Shown here in pieces: positions 34,704 through 48,019 of a DNA stretch of 64,000 nt (position 1 is its first letter; each line of letters opens with the position of its first letter). The notes beneath the pieces were generated by a model, which made no database searches, was not told the DNA's origin, and was given only the letters and a program-made list of their open reading frames with translations. The DNA is taken from NCBI GenBank assembly GCA_043228905.1, contig JBHGNT010000013.1, positions 15,562,001-15,626,000 of the forward strand. Direction: 5' to 3'. Source of the stretch: Azolla caroliniana. Its lineage: Eukaryota > Plantae > Polypodiophyta. Both the position numbers and the translations under genes were made by a program.

Positions 34704-34838
34704 GGATGTGCGTACAACCACATCACCTTTATACCTTTATTACTATTACGAATACATTATGTACGCGTGCAACGTTGCACATCGCTCTTTGGCTCTCGTT
34801 GCTCGGGTTTCCACTTGTGGACGAAAATCTTCATGACA
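30016..34838 (-). mobile_element. Non-autonomous LTR retrotransposon (LARD-like; gag-like 5' end plus GC-rich repetitive ORF, no pol)
   Basis: Near-identical LTRs at 30016-30692 and 34149-34838; flanking ACGG duplication; PPT-like GGTGGGGGCGGA next to 30693; PBS at 34127-34144; gag-like FLGAYKAEM...ESWESFEGALLEAY. Confidence 0.9.
34127..34144 (-). promoter_or_regulatory. Primer-binding site complementary to tRNA-Trp
   Basis: TGGTGAACCCGACGTGAA, 4 nt from the 5' LTR, matches the 3' end of plant cytosolic tRNA-Trp (...UUCACGUCGGGUUCACCA) as recalled from memory. Confidence 0.8.
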
Positions 34839-34940
34839 ACGGTTAAATTTGCCAAAAGTGGTCAAAACAGCCATCAAAGCATGTGATGGCAAAGAATTGT
34901 GGGAGAATCTCTTACAGAAGCGATTGTAATAACAACCTGA

Positions 34941-35990
34941 TGTAATGTCGACCCCCTAGCACCTAGGAGCTATAAAAGAGGAGGGAAAGTGTTTGTTACG
35001 GGGGGATCGGTCATTTTGGAGGGGAAGGTGCTACCGGATTGTGATCTCGAGCACTTTAGGGTTTTTCTTCTTCTTGTTCGGCTCGGTGGTGTGAGGCCTC
35101 TACTCACGTAGGAAGCCCATGTGCTCCCGACCAGAGGCTCATGTGTGTGTGTGTGTGTGTGTGTTGAGCCCGAAGCTTAGCTAGCCAGCCTAAGGCCATC
35201 TTTTGTATTCTTCTCTATATTTGATCGATTATTTTGGTATCCAGGAGTCTCTCTGTGTTGTGTCAATATTCGTATCTCATTTGTGGTGTCCGAGGAGGCG
35301 TCGTTCTTCCCTCCTCTGTTCTATGCATTCCTACTAGTTCCTACGAGCCCGTGTGCTCGACTTTCGGAATTTGTTGCTAGTGCAAGATCGGATACACTTC
35401 GGTGAGTTCGTGCACTCAGTATCCAGCCTCCGGTGTCCAGGCCTGATAGCCCACTGCAAGCTTAGTAACCTCTTGTCCTTAGGCTCCTTGGTCCGTGACC
35501 CCAATGGTCCCACTCATGCCGACCCGCAAGCCGCAGATTTCCGCAACAGCATTTGTAATGTTTTTGTGATAGGGATAATACTTGTGGTGTCCCTAGTCTA
35601 TCCCAATTGGGACACAATCCCAAAACTGACTGGGTCTCACTAGGGGACCTAGTCCGAGTCCCAAAGGGGGCGCCACCATGGTCTATCCCAATCCTGTACC
35701 AGTTGGCCTTCTATATTGAGCCATTCCTCGTTTCTTCTCATTCCCGATTTCCCATTTCACTTTGTATCGATGAACGAGTGTGGGGTGCTCTCTCTTTCTG
35801 TTTTAGTAGTTTTAGGAGTTGTCCCGACTTGTCCAGACTCCGAATTTTGGTTTTGTCCTAATTTTGGGACGGTTGTAAGCTTTTGCGTTTAAAACATAAT
35901 ATATATGAGCATTTTTTACCCCAAGTAGTTTCATCTCGCGTTTTCTTTTGTGTTATAATTTAAGCTCGCCGATCAAATAGGGACGTAACA
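34941..35990 (+). mobile_element. Probable solo LTR
   Basis: TGTAATGTC...GACGTAACA termini, TATAAAAG and (TG)n. No TSD found; boundaries uncertain. Confidence 0.45.
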
Positions 35991-36300
35991 CCACTTATCA
36001 CAGAGAAATTTTCCTAATTACTAACTCTTTATGGAATATTGATTGAATCCATTGAGTGAGCTTCTGGCAGAGACGAGATCGAATAATGATGGAGCAAAGA
36101 TTTATTTATTTATTTTCCAAAAAAAAGAGCTACTTTCTCATTAGTTGGGAGAGGATTTATTTCTTTTTCTTTTTCAAGCAGCATCTTTGTGTCACGACGC
36201 AGTATTCAAACATCAGGGTATTTTTAAAGCAAAGTTTTAAAGACTAATGTTTTTTAAAGCAAAGTTTTAAATGTCTGTATAGCATATCAGACAGATCAGA

Positions 36301-36727
36301 ATTAATTAGAGAAGAGTTATGGTAATTCTTTATTCAAGAAGGGAAGTTATAGAATCAGTCTTCAGAAACATTTCGATCACTAGAATTTGTTCATATAGCT
36401 GTATGGAGGACTTAATTGAAGAAGTGTTATGGTAATTCTTCGTTCAAGAAGGGAAGTTATAGAATCAGTCTTCAGAAACATTTCGATCACTAGAATTTGT
36501 TCATATAGCTGTATGGAGGACTTAATTGAAGAAGTGTTATGGTAATTCTTCGTTCAAGAAGGGAAGTTATAGAATCATAAACATTTCAATCACTAGAATT
36601 TGTAGATATACCTGTATGAAGGGCTTAAGCTTAATTAAACAAGAGTTATGGTAATTCTATGTTCAAGAAGGGAAGTTATAGAATCAGAAACATTTCAATG
36701 ACTTGAATTTGTTGATATTGCTGTATG
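36301..36727. repeat. ~110-bp tandem repeat x4 downstream of ABCB copy 1
   Basis: GGTAATTC recurs at 36321, 36431, 36541 and 36650. A single homologous unit lies at ~53832-53925 behind ABCB copy 2. Confidence 0.9.
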
Positions 36728-36872
36728 GGGGAGTGATGGCCCTGCAACATAGATGGATTTTTCTGTGATTTACATGCCACAGTTATGTTAATCCATAATC
36801 TAACGACAGTTCTGTGATGCCTGCCACTCTGGTGATGACTTGATTAACTAGGGTTACAGTGTCCATGGCTCA

Positions 36873-39800
36873 CTAGGGTAGTGAATCAGGAGGAACAGGA
36901 GAAGCAGTCTGGTGGTGTTGGAGCTTGACTAGGTTAAAGTAGAGACCTGTGTCCCCTTTGCTCATGAGCTCTGCGTGGGCTCCTAACTCAGCGATGGTGC
37001 CACCCTGCAGCACCGCGATTCTGTGACAGTTGAAGATGGTGGAGAGCCTGTGTGCTACCACCACTGTCGTCCTCCCCACCATCATCCCCTCCAGTGCCTC
37101 CTGTACGACTTTCTCTGATCTCACATCCAGTGCACTCGTCGCCTCATCCAGGAGCAGAATCACAGGTTTCTTCAGAATCGCTCGAGCTATGGCGATCCTT
37201 TGCTTCTGCCCCCCTGACAACTGTACCCCCCTCTCCCCCACATTCGTCTCGTATCCATTCTCTAATGCACTGTTCAAAACACCAAGAGAATCGAATGAGC
37301 TTTCTGCTAATCTCAGATATGGGGGGGGGGGGGGGGGGGGAGTGGAGAATCATACTGTGCAAGATTCGCTCCTTCTGGGAGGATTTCTTCTCCATGCATA
37401 CTCTGTGGATATGGAAACTCAGAACAGATTTCTTACCTGATGAATTCGTGTGCATGGGCGGCCTGCGCTGCCTTCACGATCTCCTCTGTCGTAGCAAGTT
37501 CGTTGCCGTAGAGAATGTTCTCTCGAATGCTGCCCTCAAACAGTGTGGGCTCCTGGCTCACCATAGCCATGTGCTTCCGCAGGGATCGAAGCTGAAACTG
37601 TCGGACATCTTTCCCGTCGATCTGCACCTTCCCTCTGATGGGATCGTAGAACCGCTCGATTAGGCTGATGATGGAGGATTTGCCGGAGCCGCTCTGGCCC
37701 ACCAGTGCCACGCTTTGTCCGGCATGGATATGGAGGCTAAAGTCTTGGAACACCAGAACCTCAGGCCTCTGCGGGTAGGCAAAGTCTACATGGCGGAGCA
37801 TAATGTCGCCTTTCAGATGCTCTGCTTGATCTCCATTGCCATCGTCCGGCCTTATTTCGCTGATCCGGTCAAGAATCTCAAAGACAGAGCTCACTGCAGC
37901 TCCGCCTTTGGCTATGTCGGAGGTCATGCTACCCGCTTCAGCGATGACTTTCCCTGTGCTCACGAGAATGAAGAAGGTCCTGAACATGTCGACGGAGGAG
38001 ATGAGACCTTCACCGACGAGACGAGCGCCATACCAATAGTCCAGCGCTAAGGAGAAGAAGGAGATGAGCTGAGCGCTTCCCAACCCTAATCCACCGATAA
38101 TGGCTTGCCGACTGGAGGCTCGGGACGAGCTCCTCTGCAGGCTCGTGTAGAGCTGAAGGATCGTGGGCTGAGCACAGAATGTGGCGATGGTGCGATGGTG
38201 CACCACTGCTTCTGCTGCCAAGCTGCTGGAATCCTGCTGCCTGCGCAGCGCCTGCTGCGACATGGATTGGATGAGCACCCGGCGGGAGTAGAAGCAGAGA
38301 ATGATGAGGGGCTGGCAGGCCATGATGACAAGGGCGAGGCGCCAGGCTATGGCGAGGCCGAAGCTCGTGGCAGCAGCTATGGAGACGAAGGTAGTGATGA
38401 GGAGGGACCATCGATCTCCCACCATGGATCTGACAGAGCTCGCATCAGAGGCGAGGCGGGTGCAGATGGCGGCACTGCTGTTCTCTGCGGAATCGAACCA
38501 GGCCACTTCGAACGTGAAGACGTTCATCAGCATCTGCTCCCTCACCCGCTTCGTCAGTCTCTCCCCTACCACGGCGAAGCAGTAGTGCTGGACCGCGTTC
38601 GTGAGGAAGGAAGCTATGGTGAGAGCAAGAAAATACAGGCAGTAATTCCTGATGCGTCGACCATGCTCTGCACTGTCGGGCGTGTAGAAATCGAAGATCA
38701 TGCCACCGATCGTGTAAGCGAACAGAGGCTGTATGATCCCGAACAGAGCCGCTCCTGCGCTGCCCATCAGTGCTTGCCTCCACTCAGGCCTGTTCAGTAA
38801 CACCAATCTCCTGAGAGAAGGAGGCGCAGGGGAATTCTGAGCCTCCTCCTTCAATAGCTCCTCTGAGTGGAGCGCGTTGAAGCTGGAGCTGTTCCCGCTC
38901 ATGCAGCTCGAGCTGCTAAGCCGCCTCAGCCTTCTGGAGCTCCTGGAGGACCTCCGCAGCTTGAAATGATCCAACGGCTCCGCATTGCCCAGATGACTGG
39001 CATGGAGATTCGAACCGTTGATGATGCTTCTGGTGCCACCACCACTGGCAGCATGGAGGAGCTCGGCATAGGCCGAACCCTCCTTCCGCAGGAGGCTCTC
39101 GTGCTGCCCTGTCTCGATCACTCGCCCCTTCTGCACGACCGCAATAATGTCTGCGTTTCGGATCGTGGATAGGCGGTGGGAGATCACGAGGGTGGTCCGG
39201 CCCAGCGCTGCCTGATCGATCGCATCCTGAACGATCCGCTCAGATTCTGCATCGAGCGCACTGGTAGCTTCATCTAGCAGCAATATGGGTGGGTTTATGA
39301 GCAGGGCCCGAGCTATGGCTATGCGTTGTTTCTGGCCCCCAGACATTTGTATTCCACGTTCACCCACCTGATTTTCATTAGATTTTTTTTGCTATTTAGT
39401 TACAGAAAATACCATCTTCTGAATATATTCAGTTACAGAAAAACCATCTTCTGAATATATTTAGTTACCTAAAAACCCATCTTCTGAATATATTTAGTTA
39501 CAGAAGAAAACCATCTCTGAATATCCACAAAATGAATTAATCTATATTGGAAATTGGACACAGTTTCTCACCCCCCCCCCCCCCTTATGTCTCTGTAACA
39601 TTTCAATGTAAAGAGACATATCCTGCATCCCTGTTGGTATGCTAAGACTGACCTAGACAGACGCTTATATTGCTATAGGGTTTAAGGTTTAAGGTTTAAG
39701 GTTTAGGGTTTAGGGTTTAGGAAGTCCTAAACTGCAATCTGGGAACTATATAGCAGGAAATTGTCTTGCGCACATTTATTTTACTGCGTTATTTCATACC

Positions 39801-42800
39801 TGGGTGTCATAGCCTTGGGGTAGTTGAGAGATGAAACTATGGGCATTGGATTTCTTGGCAGCTTCAATGATCTCCTCCATGGTAGCTCCTTGTCTGCCCA
39901 ACAGGATGTTCTGCTTGATGGTGGTGGCAAACAGAGCAGGCTCTTGACTGACGAGCCCAATCTGTGCACGAAGCCATGAGAGCTGAAGGAGCTTCACGTT
40001 CGTTCCATCTAGCAGAATTTCCCCATCAAGCGGGTCATAGAACCTCTGGATCAAGGCAATGACTGTGGATTTGCCAGAACCGCTACCTCCGACAAGGGCT
40101 GTCGTCTTGCCTGCGTCTACACTCAGAGAGAAGCCATTGAAGACCATGGTTTCAGGCCTTGCTGGGTACGCAAACCTCACATTCTTGAGCTCCAAGTTCC
40201 CCATTACTGTGTCTACTACTACTGCTTTGCCTGGCTTCTCTTTCATGCGTGGCTCCTGATCTATGGTGGGCTTTCGATTGATCATTTCCATGATCCTTGC
40301 TCCAGCAAGGCTTGCCTCCGAGAAGTACTTCAGACTCGGAAGACAATTCCCTAGTGATCTGCCCATAACGACGAAGCTATATGAATCTTCTGTAACTAAG
40401 CAGCACAGAGATGCAGAGAAAGCAGACATTAAACAGAATGCACTTAAAAACCTTTCGATGATTACATCTAACCTCAGAGCAACTTTATCCGTGCAGTAAT
40501 CCTCAACTACTTAATGAACTAACTAATAGGGTACAATTCCATCAGAATTACGTTTTTCACTTAGATTGCAAAGCATGCAGATGTGGTAGTGAAATAGTAG
40601 GGCAGAGATTAATCTCACTAGTTTTGGACCTGCAGATCATAGATAAAAGAATGCAGGTGTAGCAGGCGTGAGCAATCAAACTAACGAATTAGGGTATCAT
40701 TTCATCAGAATTACGTTTTTTAACTTCGATTGCAAAGCATTCAGATGTGGTGGTGAAATACTTAGGGCAGAGATTAATATCACTAGTTTTGGTGAAGATC
40801 CATAGATTAAAGAATGCAGGTGTAGCAGGCTTACAGGCCTCCAGAAACTGTAATGAGGCCGGTAGCTATGACATTCCCCCCATTGAGGCCGTGATGGAGA
40901 ACCAGGTTATTTCCATACCAGGCCATGAAAGCCCAGATGGCAAAGACGACACCATTGCTTCCTACAGTGAGCCCCTTGGCCAGTCCCTGCTTCAGCCCGA
41001 TCTTGACAGTCCTTTCTAAAGCGTTGGAGAAGAGCCGGAGTGTCCTCTCTTCCCCCACAAATGAGTAGATGGTCCGAATCGAGGATATGGCCTTCTCTGC
41101 TACTGCTCCTGCCTTCTTGTACTCTTCCCTCATCTTCCTCACCATCTCTGCCAGTATCCTCCCATATAGAACCCCCGGTATCACTAGCAGTGGTAGAAAG
41201 GCCATTGTCGTTATCGTGAGCTTCCATGCCATGTAGAATCCCGCTGCATAGCTTGCTATGAAATTCGATAGATTCATGATGAAATGAGGGACCTGCAATT
41301 GTGTAAAAATCAGAGGGTGGTTACTGTATTGTAGACATGGTAGATTACTCCAATAATTTACCAAGTTTTTGGCTTAATCTACAGTTCCGGAACCATATAT
41401 GTTTTCGCAGATAATCTTACTGCTATTTGCAAATTTGAGAGTATTTGGTTTATAGATTAATTAGTCTAAATTATCTCCTCCAAGATATCAAGCCTCTAAT
41501 CCAATCTATGGTTGGACGACGTTCTTCTTGCATCTAATCACACTTCCCGGATTCTGAGAAGTGTATATACAGCTCGAAAAAAATGGTGATTAAGATATAT
41601 CTAGTTGATCAATCCTGCACTTCAGCTCAAAACTCTAACTAACTAGTAATAACCTGCAATCTGAATAGTAATTGAGATTAAGAAAATGATGGTTAATTTC
41701 AGCTCCATCAACTAATTACTCCATGGTGGGACTGAAGGATTGGATCGCAATCTAAGTAATTGGTTAATTTCAACTCCATCAACTAATTAATCCATGGGGG
41801 GACTGAAGGATTGGATTGCAATCCCTAAATTACTACCTTTTCGGCAATGACCTCTTGAATCAGATGTGAGTCTGCTCCCATGCTGTTGATGATGTCCGCA
41901 GTGTTAGATTGCATGTCGAAGAAGCTCTCATCTTGCCTCAGGATGGCCTTCAAGTAGAGGCATCGAAGCCGAGAAGCTTGCCTTTCGCCAGTTTTGATCC
42001 ATGATGATGCCTCTGATATAATATTTATAAAACATTCATATTCACAAGACAATGTGTACAAATTAGAATCTATAGACTCAAAATCTGCCAACAAAAAATC
42101 CTGATGCTAACCCTAAACAAGTTAGAGCACACTTATGATAAGAGTTAAATGCTCTGTTAAATGTGCAAAGTCTGCAGATTACCGAGGAAACATGATACCC
42201 CCGCAGCTAAGCCTGCATAGACGAAATAGATCAAGACCTGCATCCAAGAAACAATCTAATCTCAAGAATTGAATTTAACACAATTGTATCTCTTTGGCCC
42301 TAACTGCATTCATTAGCTTGCAACATTCTATGGTTGATAGCCATGCAAAATTATATGTTGTATCCCTAATTGTGTAGAATAATCATAATTATGTATTTGA
42401 TACAATGTACACCTAACTAATTGCATTGGTTAGTCATAAGTGTGTGTCTTGCATTTATTCACATGACGTACAAAAAAAGTTAGCATGGCTTAGCTTGCCA
42501 TATTGCTCTATGATTGATGATTATGCATATATCAATTGTCTACCCATTAATCAAAACCCCTTCATGTGTATTTGAGATGAGATTAATGAAGGTTGCATGA
42601 ATATCGATCCATATTGCTCTATGATTGATGATTAGGCACATATCAATAGTCTACCCTGACTAATTGCATTAATCAAAAAACCCTTATGTGTATTTGGGAT
42701 GAGATTAATAAAGGTTTGCATTAATCGATGAAGGTTTGATCGGTAAACCTTTCGGATTTCGTCCACAAGGGTTGGATTACTAGAAGAGGTGTGAATGGAC

Positions 42801-43084
42801 GCATTGCCGAAGGCATCGAAGACACGGATCATGAGGAGCATCATGGTGGGCAATGCAATGCCATCCCCAACACACCCCACAAAGCCCAAGCTCATCAAGG
42901 CTACATCCTTGGTGTCGGCATATTGAAAAATTGTGAAGAAGGAGGAGGTAGGACGAACAAGTTCACTATCCTTAGCAATTGAGGAGGAGGAGGTAGGACG
43001 AACAAGTTCACTATCCTTTGCAATTGTGAAGGAGGAGGAAGAGGTAGGACGAACAAGTTCATTATCCTTATCAGATGCTTCCAT
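36873..43084 (-). CDS. ABCB: Full-size ABC transporter B family (P-glycoprotein/MDR, ABCB15-like), 7 exons, ~1303 aa
   Basis: Exons 43084-42749, 42237-42183, 42012-41837, 41292-40835, 40358-39800, 39367-37437 and 37269-36873 total 3912 nt. Two TMDs and two NBDs ([42 protein letters not shown]). Confidence 0.93.
39676..39721 (+). repeat. Interstitial telomere-like tract (TTTAAGG)3(TTTAGGG)2+
   Basis: Read directly; lies in intron 5 of ABCB copy 1. Confidence 0.9.
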
Positions 43085-44324
43085 TATTATTATTATGGGT
43101 GTGTGTTTTTAGATTTAGAATGGATCTTGTTTGAGGCCTTTTTAAAGGTCGTGTTGAGGAACAATTGGAGGTTGTTGGGCCTTTTATTTTTGGGTGGTGT
43201 CCACTTTTAATCATTCCATGTCTTTTTTTAGACCTAATAATTCCCCATATGCCAATTTCCTAGAACCTTGATAGCCCAACAAATTTGTTTGCTATCACAC
43301 TTTCCAAATGATGGCAAAAATGTGTGCCACACGAAAAAGCAACCTTGAATTTTTGTTTTGTAGTAGCATTCAACAATTGGAGGTCTTGTTTTTCATGACT
43401 TTTGTATGTCCTAGAGATTTGTAGTATCCTCCGTCCATCGGAAATTTGATGTCAAGGGATGTGCACATTTTGTCACGTTGGCCAGATTTTCTTTTCAAGT
43501 TGTTCAAATGGCTTTCGTGTTTGTTTTGTTACTATTCTGAATTCCATCTTAATGACGTTGGGTCAGTCATCTAATGACGTTTTGTGAATCCACGTGTTAG
43601 AATGTCAAGACTCAACACCATAAGAATGCCAGATTGTTTGCCCCAATAATCAATGAATTCTAAGGATCCGGGCAATCATTGCAAACATCTAATTTAATAG
43701 AACATTATTGTTCTTGCATACAAAAACATTATATAATGTGATGAATTATCACAAAAGGACAAAACTAATAGCAATCGACAAGCCTTATGTATCAAGAAAG
43801 ACATATATAACAAAGGTCGTTTGCTCATGATGGTAACGAGATTATTCATGAGGCTAGTACGTGGAGTCCTGAATAAATTGCTACAAGCCTCATGTATCAA
43901 AAAGGCAAAAGTACCAAGAAAGAGAAATCCAATAATATGCTACAACCTCATGTATCAAAAAGTTGTAGCCTCATGTATAAAAAGGCAAAAGTACCAAGAA
44001 AGAGAAATCCAATAATATGTATCAAAAAATGAGTGTGTGTGAGTATATTCAAAATACATGAAACATGTGAATAATCATTTGACATAACTAAATGATTAGA
44101 ACAAGAGTCCAGTCAAATCTTCTTTTTGTACCCTTTTAGTTTTTCCTCTCTCTCTCTCTATTATATACTTCATATATATATTAACACCCTAGTGGCAATA
44201 ACACTACAACCACTTCGTGGTACCTCTCTATATATCTCTATTTCACTAGATGCCACTAGTCAATAACACAACAACCACTTTGTGGTACCTCTCTCTATAT
44301 CTCTATTTCACTAGATGCCACTAT

Positions 44325-44392
44325 GGAATGTAGGGGTTGAACCCATGACCACCCGGTCTCCATTGGGCAACCTTACCAACTGAGCTACATCC
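44325..44392 (-). other. tRNA-like (Pol III A/B box) module; not a canonical tRNA gene
   Basis: GGATGTAGCTCAGTTGGTAAG...GGTCATGGGTTCAACCCCTACATTCC is homologous to modules in gypsy LTRs at 16161-16218, 22458-22514 and 23780-23845. Confidence 0.65.
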
Positions 44393-44397
44393 ATCTA

Positions 44398-44448
<51 letters not shown>

Positions 44449-47400
44449 CAACTGAGCTACATTCACTTGGGCTCTCTCTCTCTCCAAGGTAAAAATGCTA
44501 GAACATATCCAATTGTATCTCACTACGTCAATAAGCCTTGGCTCTAGGAGAGCCTTAACACTTCTTCGAACTCACTCATACACGTTAGGTATTGAGGTGG
44601 CATCATCACCCCAATAGGAAGCTATGCAATGTACACAAGGAAAACGTAGTGGATGATAAATATCACTTACTTATCGCACGCTCAATGACTAATGTAATTC
44701 ATGAGAAATATGATGACTTGTTAAAAGGGCATGATAATGTAAGTGTCATATTCAAATTCCACTAAGAAGGGTGACCATAAATGTGCGTGCATTATTTTCG
44801 CATGGACAGTTTTTTACAACGAAGTAGTGACAACCCTTTGTAGGAAGTAGTCTCAGACAAGATCATATGTTGTTTTGGTCCCATAGGTCAACAATGGCCT
44901 CCCCAAGATTGATAAAATCTATTCTCCCATTCTTTGTTTGTGTGTGTGTGTGTAAATAATGCCTTTCATTGCAAAAAAAAAAACATCACCACGACTAACA
45001 TACAACAACCTTTAAAGCATACTAAAAAGGCAACCCTACTATACACATAAATTAAAATTACAAATACGATGACATGTCCCCTTTCACAATTGGCTCTCTT
45101 CATTGTAACATATTTCCTCATCCCAACCAATGAATCAAAAGGGAAGGCATTTCGCATCTTCCATAGCCCCCAATACCTCGAGAACCTAATTGAAATGGAG
45201 CACCACTCTACTATTCTCCACTTGTGCAAAAACCCAATTGAATGAAGATAGTCTTTACTCTACTTAGATACATCTACACTAAGTTCGCACACATCTAAAC
45301 CATTCTAGCCATTGGGCATGAAAGATATAAATGCCTAATATGTTCTAATTCCGCTAAAATGAAAGAAGTGCATCGCACTAGTAATCCTTCTTTTGTTTAA
45401 TCCATCCCCTAATGGCAAAGCTCCACCTATAAAGCACGCCGCCATTCTTGTCCAAGGTTACACACCCTCAAACATAAATAGAATGAAGGTAAATCGACAA
45501 CCTATCATATACTCAAATAAATTTAAGATTGATACCCCACCAAGATTCTTAGGGGTACAAATGTGATCCCATGCAACCACAATATTACACTTTTACCTTT
45601 TCTCTTTCATAGCAACATCCACATTGAGTGTGACACCATTTCAAGAGCTTTATTGGACCATGGTAGTAAAGGATGATAATAACATAGAGACCATAATTGA
45701 TTAGACCACCTTAAATTGAACATGAAAAGGCCATAATTTAGACCTCCAATACGTAAGCTTATCCTCCAATTTTTTACATCCTAAATATTCAAGGTGACCA
45801 CAAATTATACTATGAGGCATTATCCTTCATAACCACCCCAAACCTAACATATATTGTTTTGTACATGAAATGAGGTCATATTTGTGCATATTCATTCTCA
45901 GCATTTGAAAACATTTCCCACACATAACTTGTCTTACTAATATTTCCACGATTAGGTGACAAAAACATGATACGTTCGGCTTGGAGAAAGCAAGGAATGT
46001 ACAAAAAACTATGTGTGGTTATTGTATATACTTATCAATTCGGCCATGATGAGAGTACAAGCGAATCAGTTGGTATATTTATTTATCCAACACAACTTTT
46101 GTAGTTCTTATGATTTTATAATACCAAGGCGTACCTTTTTGAAAACAAAAAAACAAAAAAAAAGCATGATAAGTTCGCATATGATAGCTTGAGCCTTGTA
46201 CAATGCATGGCTTCACTCATGACAACCTCAATCCAACCAATTCTTACTCCACTACTATACTATGTAATTTAACGAGAATAGGATGCCTGACAATAGTGAA
46301 TAGTAAAGGACTAATTGGGTGCCCTTGTCTAATTGATCTTCAATTACTCCTCCATTAAACATCAAAAGTAAAACAAAACCTTCACTTATATATATAGAAG
46401 GTACCTTCTATATTGCTTATGTGTGGGAAATGTTTTCAAAAGCTTCCCCCTATCAATGAAAAAGGCTTCCATTGTGTAAAGGAAACAATAGAAGGTACCT
46501 TTGGCAAAAGCTTGATCAAACCAATATTCCAAGAATGTGGTATATCTCATATTGCCTGCACCTTCTAAATAAGACCGTAAATGTTCCCTTCAACTAAATT
46601 ACATATTTCTTAAAGGGTTAATATGTTAATCGGTCTTGCCTAGGGCTCTTACCATCAAGATATGACGTGACCTTTTCCACATCATCCTCAACATCCAATA
46701 ATTGTGCTACATCGTGCAATACATGAATTTTCAATCCTTCCAAAATAATATCTCTATCATTCTTAATAATATCATGACATACTTGTATATTAAACAACAA
46801 TCCATAATATTCCACACATTTTTTCATGATTTTTTGAGGTTCCAAACACATCATGCCATGCGCCCCTAATCTTACAATATCATCCGATGTGTGATTCACG
46901 AAGATCGTGGAAAATTATGTGATTGACGAGTATCATCCTTCACTTCATGTCTTAAATGATGTGGTCTAGTCTGTTGATATCTTTTCATTTTAAAGATCAT
47001 GCATTGCAGAAATAAATATTTCTTGATATGTATCCCGATTCCCAACAACTTTGCATCCCTTGGCCAATACTAAATAGATTAACTATGAGTTACACCAAAC
47101 TAGCAATTTCACCATAAAAGACTTGATTTCTTTCTCCCTCTAAAGAGATCATGAAATCCATAATACTTGATGAACTTCTAAACATTTGAAACAAAAACTT
47201 CTCATACTTCATACCCATCAAATCAAACATGATAGAAAAATACATGAATCACTTGACACGTATACTCATGAATACCTTTGCATTTGAAAATGATAAATTA
47301 AAAACCTACAATGGTTTTTGTAGGAATTCATGGAAAAAACTAACACAATGGTATGTGAATTTAAAAAATTAATCATTGAATTGCTTTAAGGATGTAAACA

Positions 47401-47473
47401 TGGTTGAGGTAGTACTTTGTTCAACATGTGATGGTAAAAGACAATGAAGCAATGGAGGTAATGATATTTTTTA

Positions 47474-47791
47474 GGGAAAAGTACCAGGATAGGATACCCC
47501 TAGAAGTTCGTCTATTTACCAAAATGCCCCTGCAAGTTCCAATTTTACCAAACTACCCCTATGTCCAAAAAAATAGACCTTTTTAAGTAATTATACACTC
47601 AAATCTTTCGTAAATAGGGCTAGTTCGGGTCCATTTCTTCCATCTTTGGTAAATAGGGCTTGTAGATTTGAGTGTATAATTACTTTATAAAGTGTAATTT
47701 TTTGGACATAGGGGTGGTTTGGTAAATTTGGAACTTCCAAGGGCATTATGGTAAATAGAAGAACTTCTAGGGATATCCGGGTACTTTTCCC
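47474..47791. mobile_element. Mutator-like (MULE) MITE/foldback, 318 bp
   Basis: Long TIRs GGGAAAAGTACC...GGTACTTTTCCC span most of the element; 9-bp TSD TATTTTTTA at 47465-47473 and 47792-47800. Confidence 0.92.
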
Positions 47792-47983
47792 TATTTTTTA
47801 TGCTTATGCAATGTAAAAAAAATGACATTGAGAGGGGTGATAGACGTTGGGACCATTTGCAATGCATGACAAATGAATATGAAAGTTTTTGATGAATTTG
47901 TTGATAATTATTAATGAATATGCAAAGGTCCAACTAGACAATAAGGATTTTTTGGGAGCATTTGCTATTTGCTTTGATGGTGG

Positions 47984-48019
<36 letters not shown>

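Noticed and set aside
37030-39172. Overlapping + strand ORFs in ABCB
   Set aside because: They are antisense shadows of a GC-rich coding exon.
44325-44392. Functional tRNA gene
   Set aside because: No clean acceptor or anticodon arm could be drawn, and the sequence matches LTR-borne modules.
45000-47200. Possible decayed transposon coding sequence (e.g. ORF 46618-46899)
   Set aside because: No motif I can assign; it would need a tBLASTx or HMM search.
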